From the NCBI GenBank assembly GCA_029238945.1, contig JAQZBM010000001.1, positions 1 to 48,767 of the forward strand: a stretch of 48,767 nucleotides of DNA. Reading direction: 5' to 3'. Below, piece by piece: positions 1-7,960 of the stretch (position 1 is its first letter; each line of letters starts with the position of its first letter). This DNA comes from Clostridia bacterium (GTDB lineage Bacteria > Bacillota > Clostridia > Lutisporales > Lutisporaceae). Below the pieces are notes generated by a model that was given only the letters and a program-made list of their open reading frames with translations, made no database searches and had not been told where the DNA came from. The position numbers were made by a program, and so were the translations under genes.

Positions 1-68
1 GGAATTATATAGAAGGGTTATGAGGACTTAAGTAGAATAATATCTCTAAAATAACTGGAGGTCTCATT

Positions 69-452
69 ATGAGTGACAATTATAACAATTATGGAAACGT
101 TGCTGCTATGGGGAGAAATGCGAAAGCAGTAAACACACAGTTTACAGATAATCATAGCTTTGTATTCTCAAAAAATCATATAGATGACCTGCAAAGATTT
201 ATTGAACAGATATTAAGTGCAGATGAATCAGAATTATCAAAAGCAGAGAAGTTTTCTGCAGCCGCTCAGCTCTATGAAATTGTGGAGTCTTTAGAGAAGG
301 AGCAGACTGAAAGACAAAGTGAATGCTTAAGCAAGTGGCATAAATGGATTGGCAACTTAAAAGAGCCGGCATTAAAGACGCTTGCGGTAGCAGCTGACGT
401 CGCTACGCTAGGTATCCCACTGTTGAAAATCCTTGGTTTGTTTTCACTATAA
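69..452 (+). CDS. hypothetical small protein (127 aa) with hydrophobic C-terminal segment
   Basis: ORF with GGAGG (57-61) 7 nt upstream of the ATG. N-terminus DNYNNYGNVAAMGRNA is repeated at the C-terminus of the next ORF. C-terminal LKTLAVAADVATLGIPLLKILGLFSL looks like a membrane anchor. No family recognised. Confidence 0.5.
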   Translation: MSDNYNNYGNVAAMGRNAKAVNTQFTDNHSFVFSKNHIDDLQRFIEQILSADESELSKAEKFSAAAQLYEIVESLEKEQTERQSECLSKWHKWIGNLKEPALKTLAVAADVATLGIPLLKILGLFSL

Positions 453-593
453 CCATTGAACGGGAACCGGAAGACTATATTATCGAAATAGATTATCTAT
501 GCTGACTGGACGCACTGTTGTAGTGCTTAGTGAATAAAGGCTCGTCCTTGTTCTTTTCAGTAAGATAATCTTTATTTTTATGAGGTGATTCAC

Positions 594-2024
594 ATGTTCA
601 GGTCTGTTTATATAGTGCAAAATGCTATTATTCCCATAAATAAGCTTCCTTTGGAGTGCAATGAAAACATAAGAGAGGCTTATAAGAAAGTTTTTAACAG
701 CAAAGCTTGTTTTACGGATATGAGAACATCAATATATGACTATTACCGTGTTATGGGAGACCGGTATTTGGAGTACTGGAATCCTACTAATGAGAAAATT
801 TATGACTCTGATGCTAAGCCAAATCCACTGAAGGACAGCCCTTTTATACGCAGCATGGGGCAGGTTTGCTTTGACACCCGCAGAACCCACTTTACGGAAT
901 ATGCATATGAACGAAGGAATCTTGCTCAACTGCTTGCCAGAAGAGTGCGGTATTGGGACGCGGAAGCGGAAGAGTTTTCTATGGATATGCTGGATACTGA
1001 GTATGAGGATTATTTCGGTTATGATTATGAATTAGAGGATCAGAGAATGAACTACTTGTTCTTTGAATTAAGACCTCCTTTCAAGCTGAAAGCCAGCTTT
1101 GAAGATAAAATAATGGCTGACGGCAAGGTGTTTGTACATTTGCATCCAAGCGGATATTTATCTTTGCAGCTTGCTGTTTCCTTGAAGAACGTAGAACTCT
1201 TAGAAAATGTACAATGTGTGAAGAGAGCGGTATTGGAGAGCAGACCATGGCGTAATGATAATAGATGGATATGGAAAAGTAAGCTTGGAAATCACTCGCT
1301 TCAGAAGTGCATGGACTTAATACTATTGAATATTTCGGAATCTGTCTTTTATAAGAAAGTAAAGCTTAGCGTCTCAAACTGGAAAACGGCAATGTGTTTT
1401 GTCACGGATGAAGATTATGCCAATGTGGTTCCATATTTTATAAATGGTCAATATGAAGTGTTTAGTAATCATACCCCTATTTCTTATTACCAAGTATCAG
1501 AGGATAGGGAAAAACTGATAGCATCAAACCAAGGGATAATTTACTTCTACAATATGTACAGGGAAAGAGATTCTGTGCTTCACGCCTTCTGGAAGACAGT
1601 GCATATATATGAATTTGTACTGCTGAAAAAGGCGATTTACAATTCTTATTCGCAATATATTGATGAGCAGATTTATACACTAAGAAGAAACAGGCTCAAA
1701 CAGCAGCCCGGCAGTCAAATTGAAGAGAGCTATAATCCCATAATAAATGAATATATAAGAGCCTTGGATAAGATAATAAGTAAAGCAGAACCGTTCCATC
1801 GAGCCATTTACTCAACATTATCAAAAGGAACGAAATTTGATGATTTAAGGACAAAGCTGATGGCGCTGTTAGATAATTGGCACAAGGAATTACTTGAGGT
1901 TAAGCAATTCAGATCTGCAGGAGAGGTAAAAAACATTATTAACTATATTATAGGAGACCAGTATAATAATTTCGCAAACGTAGAGGCTATGGGGAGAAAT
2001 GCAACAACAATCATAAATAAATAA
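594..2024 (+). CDS. hypothetical protein (about 476 aa), no recognisable domain
   Basis: Long ORF. The track starts at GTG 585, but ATG 594 sits 8 nt after GAGG (582-585). C-terminal DQYNNFANVEAMGRNA matches the N-terminus of ORF 69..452. Followed by a terminator-like hairpin. Confidence 0.55.
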   Translation: MFRSVYIVQNAIIPINKLPLECNENIREAYKKVFNSKACFTDMRTSIYDYYRVMGDRYLEYWNPTNEKIYDSDAKPNPLKDSPFIRSMGQVCFDTRRTHFTEYAYERRNLAQLLARRVRYWDAEAEEFSMDMLDTEYEDYFGYDYELEDQRMNYLFFELRPPFKLKASFEDKIMADGKVFVHLHPSGYLSLQLAVSLKNVELLENVQCVKRAVLESRPWRNDNRWIWKSKLGNHSLQKCMDLILLNISESVFYKKVKLSVSNWKTAMCFVTDEDYANVVPYFINGQYEVFSNHTPISYYQVSEDREKLIASNQGIIYFYNMYRERDSVLHAFWKTVHIYEFVLLKKAIYNSYSQYIDEQIYTLRRNRLKQQPGSQIEESYNPIINEYIRALDKIISKAEPFHRAIYSTLSKGTKFDDLRTKLMALLDNWHKELLEVKQFRSAGEVKNIINYIIGDQYNNFANVEAMGRNATTIINK

Positions 2025-2038
2025 CATGTTGTGAAGAA

Positions 2039-2086
2039 CAGCTCTTCTGGCAGCATTGATATTATGCTATCAGAAGGGCTGCTTTA
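2039..2086 (+). terminator. terminator-like imperfect hairpin after ORF 594..2024
   Basis: cagctcttctggcagcat ... atgctatcagaagggctg with a few mismatches or wobbles, then cttt. The right arm shares 18 nt with the terminator at 6054-6068. Confidence 0.45.
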
Positions 2087-2186
2087 TGCTATGAGGTAAT
2101 ATCAAGCAAAAAATATTAGAAAAAAGTTTGAAATTTTGTATATTTTGATAAAATATACTTATGCATAACCGAATAGGAGAGGCTCT

Positions 2187-3818
2187 ATGAATAGAAGATA
2201 CAGCCCTATGTGCTCAAAAAAATTGAATATATATAAATGCATTGTCTCAATTGCATTGGGCTTTGCAGGTTTTATCGGGATTTTCTATTCCACAAGGTTT
2301 GATTTCAACGGTTTTTCCATCAACTTTCCATGGAGTATAATCCTGCCTATGCTGGTTTCTCTTGCTTGGGGGGTCAGATATGGAATCATAAGCATAACTT
2401 TGAGCTTGATAGTACTGTACCCCTTTATCTTAGGAAGCTACAACGGATGGGCATCTATAGTACCGTCTGTTTCCTTATGTTTATGGATTATAATACACGG
2501 CATTGGCGGACAAAAGAGATTGAACACAAATAAATACTATTATAATATTTATTTTTTGCAGTTTATTTATATTGTCTTTAGAATGCTTGTTTATGTGATT
2601 TTCTTCCCGGTATTGATCCGGTTCAATCCGCCTTTTTGGAATGCTGCGGCTTACACTCACGTGGATATGGAGATAGTGCTATTGTTTGCAGTAAAAGGCG
2701 TTATTGTGGAATCTATATTTATAGCTATATGTGACACCTTGCTGCTGCTGCCCTTTATCAGAAGAATATTCAGGTTGAAGTCCTCGAAGGGAGCTGTATA
2801 TAACACTAGGGTTATGGCGGCTCTTGTAGCTTTTGGACTAAGCTTCATGCTGATTATCACAACCGTACAGAACTTCCTGATTGATAAAACATACTCATTA
2901 CAATGGTTGATTGAGCCAAGTGAGAAAACCAGGATAACATTTTTTCTGACAAGCATATTGTTCTTTATTATGGGAGGAATCACGGTCCGTTTTGTGCAGA
3001 AAATGCTTGAAACGCAAGAGGCGTTAAAGCTCAGCGAGAAGCAGACTAAACATGCCCTGGAAGAAATAAAGCTTTTGAATGACGAGCTGGAGCAGCGTGT
3101 GAACGATAGGACCGCAGAGCTTCAAAGTGCCGTCTCTGAGCTTGAGGAGTTTTCCTATACAATTTCTCACGATCTTAAGTCTCCGCTGAGAGCTATTGAA
3201 GGCTACAGCAAGTTTTTAATGGAGGACTACGGCAAGGCTCTGAGTAAAGAAGCGGACAAAATGTTATGCAGCATACAGGAGATTTGTCAGGATATGATTA
3301 TATTGGTAAATAAGCTGCTGGAATACTCTGTGATGTCGAAGGGCGGTCTGTCTATTGAGCTGGTTCGGCCTGAGCGTATTATAGAGGCGGTTTTCCGTGA
3401 GCTTGAAGCGGCAAATCGTCATAGAAACATGGAGCTGATCTTTCAAAGTGAACTGCCGCAGATTGCTGTTGATAAAGTGCTTTTCAAGCAGGTTGTTGCA
3501 AACATCCTTTCTAATTCTGTAAAGTTTTCGAGGGATAGGGAGCAGACTAAAATAATAGTAGACTGCCATACGTTTGACAATGAACATGTTTTCAGCTTTA
3601 AAGACAATGGGGTAGGGTTTGACATGAAGTATTCGGGCAAGCTTTTCGGAATTTTTCAAAGACTGCATAGAAGTCAGGATTTCGAAGGGGTTGGAATTGG
3701 ACTTGCCAGCATAAAGAAAATTATCCAAAAGCATGGAGGCAGAGTCTGGATAGAAGCTGTGCCAGATGCAGGAACTACAGTGTATTTTGCAATTCCTATA
3801 AATAGATATGAAAAATGA
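2187..3818 (+). CDS. sensor histidine kinase (multi-TM N-terminal sensor, coiled coil, HisKA + HATPase_c)
   Basis: H-box FSYTISHDLKSPLRAIEGY, N-box ILSNSVKFS, G1 DNGVGFD, G2 GVGIGLASIKKIIQKHGGRVWIE. The N-terminal ~270 aa is strongly hydrophobic with many TM segments. RBS AGGAGAGG upstream. Confidence 0.9.
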   Translation: MNRRYSPMCSKKLNIYKCIVSIALGFAGFIGIFYSTRFDFNGFSINFPWSIILPMLVSLAWGVRYGIISITLSLIVLYPFILGSYNGWASIVPSVSLCLWIIIHGIGGQKRLNTNKYYYNIYFLQFIYIVFRMLVYVIFFPVLIRFNPPFWNAAAYTHVDMEIVLLFAVKGVIVESIFIAICDTLLLLPFIRRIFRLKSSKGAVYNTRVMAALVAFGLSFMLIITTVQNFLIDKTYSLQWLIEPSEKTRITFFLTSILFFIMGGITVRFVQKMLETQEALKLSEKQTKHALEEIKLLNDELEQRVNDRTAELQSAVSELEEFSYTISHDLKSPLRAIEGYSKFLMEDYGKALSKEADKMLCSIQEICQDMIILVNKLLEYSVMSKGGLSIELVRPERIIEAVFRELEAANRHRNMELIFQSELPQIAVDKVLFKQVVANILSNSVKFSRDREQTKIIVDCHTFDNEHVFSFKDNGVGFDMKYSGKLFGIFQRLHRSQDFEGVGIGLASIKKIIQKHGGRVWIEAVPDAGTTVYFAIPINRYEK

Positions 3819-3827
3819 GGCATAGAA

Positions 3828-4925
3828 ATGTATAGAGTAATGATTGTTGACGATATGGAGTTCATTAGAATGCAAATAAAAAGGCTGCCGCTATGGGGAG
3901 AGCTTACGGGCTTTGAAATTGCGGCTGAAGCTGAAGATGGTCAGGAAGCCCTTGAGAAGCTTAGGGCACAGCCCATAGATTTGCTGATAACGGACATAAG
4001 GATGCCTAGAGTGAATGGCATCGAGCTATTAAGAGAAGTGCATAAAAGCGACCTTGCCGCATGTGTTGTGTTTTTAAGTGAGCATGGTGAATTTAACATT
4101 GCGAAGGAAGCAATCCAGTATGGAATATTTGACTATCTGGTAAAGCCTGTAAATCAAGAGGAATTAAGAAGCCTGCTGAAAAAGGTGAAGGAATGTATCG
4201 ATGAGAAAGCAGAGGTACAGAATCAGGTAAAAAAGCTGGAGGGCATAGTGGCTGAAAAAATCGAGGTTTATTATCCTTCAGGTCAAGTAAATAGGATTCT
4301 CCAGTACATTTCAGAAGAAAATGAAAAAGCTGTAGAGGCTGGTGCTGTTATGGTTGAGGAAGCTGCAGCAGCCTTGGAATATGACGTGATGAAGACGGCA
4401 ATTGTTTTACAAAAGGCTTACAACGAGATCTGGAAGGGTACTATGGAAATTCACCAATGGATGAAGCAATTTACTGATATTACGCTCTTTATCGACATAA
4501 GTTTTAAGCAGATTGATAACATAGATTTAATGAAGAAGAAGATAGTACAGCAAATTGAGGCGATATTTTCAGTTATAAAAAAATTCATATTTAAGAGCCG
4601 AAAAAGCCCTATAATAAGAGAAATCTGTCATTGCGTTGTAAAAAATATAGAAAATGAGGTTTGTATAGCTAAGATTTCATCAGCTTTATTTTTATCCAAA
4701 AATTATATAGGTGATGTATTTAAGCAGGAGACAGATATGACTCTTGGTGACTATATTACCATGGTGAAGGTGGAAAGGGCGAAGAAGCTTATAATTGAAG
4801 GCAGATTAAAAAGCTATGAGATTGCACAGACTTTAGGGTATAACAATTCGGAGTATTTCGGGAAGCTTTTTAAAAGGAATACCGGACTCTCTCCTATGGA
4901 GTATAAAAAGTATATTGAAAAATAA
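3828..4925 (+). CDS. response regulator, REC domain + AraC-type HTH output (YesN-like)
   Basis: MIVDD...LLITDIRMPRVNG...DYLVKP receiver signature. C-terminal AraC HTH IAQTLGYNNSEYFGKLFKRNTGLSPMEY. Starts 10 nt after the kinase stop. Confidence 0.9.
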   Translation: MYRVMIVDDMEFIRMQIKRLPLWGELTGFEIAAEAEDGQEALEKLRAQPIDLLITDIRMPRVNGIELLREVHKSDLAACVVFLSEHGEFNIAKEAIQYGIFDYLVKPVNQEELRSLLKKVKECIDEKAEVQNQVKKLEGIVAEKIEVYYPSGQVNRILQYISEENEKAVEAGAVMVEEAAAALEYDVMKTAIVLQKAYNEIWKGTMEIHQWMKQFTDITLFIDISFKQIDNIDLMKKKIVQQIEAIFSVIKKFIFKSRKSPIIREICHCVVKNIENEVCIAKISSALFLSKNYIGDVFKQETDMTLGDYITMVKVERAKKLIIEGRLKSYEIAQTLGYNNSEYFGKLFKRNTGLSPMEYKKYIEK

Positions 4926-5052
4926 ATAATCATTTTTACAGTATTTTGTATGGGTATAATCCTTATTTAGTACATTCTCTTCGATAAGACATTTTAGTAT
5001 GATAAATATATCACAAAGATGTCTTATATAAGTAATAAAGGGGAGATATGAA

Positions 5053-6003
5053 ATGATTATCAGCAAGTCAAAAGTTTCAAAGGGTTTAATTATTGCAAGC
5101 TTAGTTGCAGCTCTTGCAGGATGCTCTGCAAAGGAGGCTGCTCCGGCACCAAAAGAGGCTGATGTTACTGCACAAGCAACACAAACAGTTAATAAGGTAA
5201 CAGATCTAAATTGGGATATCCAACCCAAATCAGGTATCATAAAGGGTGACTACTATAAAATTGAGGAACGTTTCAGACAAGGTCACCTTGGTACTTTAGA
5301 GGTTGTAAAAAATGAAGATAAAATTGTTCACGTAGAGTTTAATGAGTTGACTCGTCCAAACTACTATCTCCGTTACTATCAAAACGTTCCAAAGCGTATG
5401 TCTGAATACAACTTTACTATGGGTGAGAAAAAAGGCGCTGCATGGGTACAAAGTGTTGTTCAGGTAGAAAAGCAAATGGTTGAAGAACAAAGAATCACAG
5501 GAGAATTTGATGTAGTTTCAGGAGCATCAAACAGTATAAATCAGTCAATGGTTCCTTTGGCAGAAAAGCTGCAGCCGTCACTAAGCAAGCCATCTGAAGA
5601 AAAATACTACAGCATAGCAGAAAAGTTCGAAGGTGGATTAACCGGAGTCTTAAAGGTTGTACTCCGTGATAAGAAAATTGTATCAGTCAGATATGATGAG
5701 ATTTTCGCGAATTCACCTGATGAAATTGCAGATGAAAATCTTAAGAAGTTTTATAGACAATCAAAATATGAGAGCGTTGAATATGAAGAGCCTTCACGTA
5801 TAGGTTTCAATGTTCAAATGGACGCTTTAAATGCAAAAGTAGTTGAAACTCAAAATATGCTGGATTTAACCGGATTGCCGGCAATAGAGAATACTGGTGA
5901 TTATGGAAAAAGCGGATACACTGAACGTAACACTGCATGGGACAATTATCTTAACTTAGCTGAAAAGCTATTGGAAGAAATGAAAAAGGACGGAAACTTC
6001 TAG
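5053..6003 (+). CDS. lipoprotein with two tandem FMN_bind-like domains
   Basis: Signal peptide plus lipobox LVAALAGC. Internal duplication: YYKIEERFRQGHLGTLEVVKNEDKIVHVEFNEL versus YYSIAEKFEGGLTGVLKVVLRDKKIVSVRYDEI. DVVSGASNS resembles the D-x-x-SGAT flavin-attachment motif of FMN_bind domains. Confidence 0.55.
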   Translation: MIISKSKVSKGLIIASLVAALAGCSAKEAAPAPKEADVTAQATQTVNKVTDLNWDIQPKSGIIKGDYYKIEERFRQGHLGTLEVVKNEDKIVHVEFNELTRPNYYLRYYQNVPKRMSEYNFTMGEKKGAAWVQSVVQVEKQMVEEQRITGEFDVVSGASNSINQSMVPLAEKLQPSLSKPSEEKYYSIAEKFEGGLTGVLKVVLRDKKIVSVRYDEIFANSPDEIADENLKKFYRQSKYESVEYEEPSRIGFNVQMDALNAKVVETQNMLDLTGLPAIENTGDYGKSGYTERNTAWDNYLNLAEKLLEEMKKDGNF

Positions 6004-6025
6004 TAGAGTCATAAATTTTAATGGT

Positions 6026-6075
6026 CAGCCCTTTTGACAGGATTTCGTTAATGCTGTCAGAAGGGCTGTTTTTTT
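6026..6075 (+). terminator. rho-independent terminator
   Basis: 15-bp stem cagcccttttgacag (6026-6040) / ctgtcagaagggctg (6054-6068) with one G-U pair, followed by T7 (6069-6075). Confidence 0.85.
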
Positions 6076-6283
6076 ATACGAGTAGGAACATTTAATCTGC
6101 CTTAAACAGAAGCCTTTTATAATTTACTGTTGCATGGACAATTATATTAAAATAATTTTTATAATTACACGAGGAAATATGTGTAGCAGAAAGGACAGGA
6201 ATAATTATGAAATTTTTATTATCTATGGCAACTCACCAAAAGTGATGATTTAGGAGCTGCTGAATCAAATACAACCGAAGAAA

Positions 6284-6570
6284 GAAATTAATAAAGATAA
6301 CCTGATTGGGATAAAACATAACCTTGTTGCCGCTAAACAATGGATACCGGTGCCACAACCTCTCCTGAGCTGGTAGCAGGCGTCATTGAGTATCTGAAGA
6401 GCGAGGGATATAAAAAAATCTGCATACTTGAAGGCTTGCCAAAGCTTGGAGGGCATCGGTATAGGCTCATGTACAAGGGGTTTTCAACATTGCATCCAAG
6501 GATGTCCTCCTAAAGCCAAAGATATTGTTGAGTATTTTTTAGTCTCCCGGGATTCTGGTGATAAAAAATA
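6284..6570 (+). pseudogene. decayed DUF362-like / 4Fe-4S ferredoxin-domain gene remnant
   Basis: One frame reads DNLIGIKHNLVAAKQ. After a frameshift a second frame reads DTGATTSPELVAGVIEYLKSEGYKKICILEG, matching the DUF362 pattern KPNLV...GATT.PE.V. A third frame gives GSCTRGFQHCIQGCPPKA, ferredoxin-like C..C...CP. The frames are interrupted by stops and no intact ORF is left. Confidence 0.5.
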
Positions 6571-6602
6571 ATAAAAATTTGTTGAATAATATACTAAAAT
6601 GC

Positions 6603-6654
6603 GGCAGTCCTTGTGATGACTTTGTTAAAGCTATCACAAGGACTGCTTTTGTTT
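6603..6654 (+). terminator. rho-independent terminator
   Basis: Perfect 14-bp stem gcagtccttgtgat (6603-6616) / atcacaaggactgc (6633-6646), followed by ttttgttt. Confidence 0.85.
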
Positions 6655-6750
6655 GAGTAAAAGAGTCTTTGTTCTACAAATGTCATTTAAATATTACATT
6701 TATTGTCGGAAAATGTAAATAGTAAATCAGAACAACGCTAATAACATTAA

Positions 6751-6779
6751 TTGACATATATTACATTTGAATGTATAAT
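6751..6779 (+). promoter_or_regulatory. consensus sigma-A type promoter for the LoaP-like gene and downstream operon
   Basis: TTGACA (6751-6756), 17-nt spacer, TATAAT (6774-6779). It lies about 340 nt upstream of the NusG-paralog start, implying a long 5' leader. Confidence 0.6.
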
Positions 6780-7118
6780 TTTCATATAAAGGAATGTTAT
6801 TCAAAATGACATTTATAAGGAGGGTAACTCAAGTAAGTTAGTTCTAGTAATACTTTCAGTGTTGATGTTAAGTGCTTTTTAGTACGCTAAATGTAAATCT
6901 CATTGGAACTGGACAAGCTCCAGAGTCAAATGCGACATGACTACAGTAAATATTCAGCTATTATGAGACAGCATATTAAGCATACTGCATATCAGTAAAT
7001 GAAATAAGCTTCTGACCACAAGAAAAGTGCGGTAATTACAGCGGCTAGAAATCTATTATTTATTGTCTGTATGAATATAACTTGTATTATGGTTTATAGA
7101 CATTAAAGGAGGTTTTTG

Positions 7119-7628
7119 ATGAGTTGGTATGCACTATTTGTAAAGACTGGTGAAGAGGAAAAAGTACGGAACTGGATTTATACTCAAACAATCGCTGAAC
7201 AATGCAATTGCATCGTTCCAAAGAGAAAGATTAAAGAAAGAAAATCAGGGCGTGAGTATGAAGTAACCAGAATCTTGTTTCCCGGATATGTATTTATTAA
7301 TATTGACATGGACTTTGAGCATTACTATAAAATTAAAAGTATTCCCAAAATCCTGAAGATACTGGGTTGTGGCAGCTACTTTACAGAGATACAGCCCAAC
7401 GAGATGACACCGATTTTGAGGCTGATAAAGGAAGACGGCATAATTGATTACTCCAATGTAATTATAGAAAATTCTATAGTGACTGTGAAAAGCGGACCCC
7501 TAAAGGGTATGGAAGTACAAATTAAGAAAATAGATAAACGTAAGGAAAGAGCACAGGTGCTGCTTAACTTTATGGGGGTGCCGACCCTGGTGCATCTTGG
7601 AGTAAAGGTTATTATGAATACACAGTAG
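7119..7628 (+). CDS. NusG-family paralog, LoaP-like processive antiterminator (NGN + KOW)
   Basis: N-terminal SWYALFVKTGEEEKV and ILFPGYVFI (NGN domain). C-terminal KOW VKSGPLKGMEVQIKKIDKRKERAQVLLNFMG. AAGGAGG (7106-7112) lies 6 nt before ATG 7119; the track's TTG 7116 is less likely. About 170 aa and at the head of a long operon, as for specialised NusG paralogs. Confidence 0.8.
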   Translation: MSWYALFVKTGEEEKVRNWIYTQTIAEQCNCIVPKRKIKERKSGREYEVTRILFPGYVFINIDMDFEHYYKIKSIPKILKILGCGSYFTEIQPNEMTPILRLIKEDGIIDYSNVIIENSIVTVKSGPLKGMEVQIKKIDKRKERAQVLLNFMGVPTLVHLGVKVIMNTQ

Positions 7629-7808
7629 CATAAAACGCCAATAGGTAAAGTGAAAAGAACCGAAAGGATCTAATTGCTGTTTCGGCGCATTAGGGAATTA
7701 AGGGGACATATTCATTAGCATTAGTGTATTTTCAATACATGAATGGGCGAAGCTATGCATATGAGTAAAGATAAATTATATATATAACTCAATAAAGGAC
7801 AGGCTTAT

Positions 7809-7850
7809 AACAGTGGATATATGTTGAATATATCCACTGTTGTTTTATCT
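7809..7850 (+). terminator. intrinsic terminator between the LoaP-like gene and the small precursor ORF
   Basis: Perfect 14-bp stem aacagtggatatat (7809-7822) / atatatccactgtt (7828-7841), 5-nt loop, then gttttat. Confidence 0.7.
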
Positions 7851-7960
7851 AAAAATTTAATAGAAAGCTGGAGGCGCACAATGAAATATATGCAGTAGGA
7901 ACAGCTGCAGGGATAAATGATGAGCGGAAATACACATTATTAAAGAAAGGGGGGAAAGGT

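Noticed and set aside
3264-3875. 203-aa minus-strand ORF, plus the smaller ones at 3443..3640 and 3674..3865
   Set aside because: Antisense to the histidine-kinase catalytic domain, whose motifs are unambiguous. No RBS and no domain.
4833-5240. 135-aa minus-strand ORF spanning the regulator/lipoprotein junction
   Set aside because: It overlaps two supported plus-strand genes and their intergenic RBS, and has no motifs.
2039-6068. Shared 18-nt atgct(a/g)tcagaagggctg in two terminators, as a possible mobile or repeat element
   Set aside because: There are only two copies, both forming the 3' arm of ordinary terminator hairpins. This is likely a convergent or locally duplicated terminator rather than a mobile element.
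7881-7898. Mini-ORF MKYMQ with a GGAGG 6 nt upstream, lying between the terminator and the precursor ORF
   Set aside because: A five-codon ORF in AT-rich sequence can easily arise by chance, and there is no supporting conservation information. It is noted only as a possible regulatory leader.
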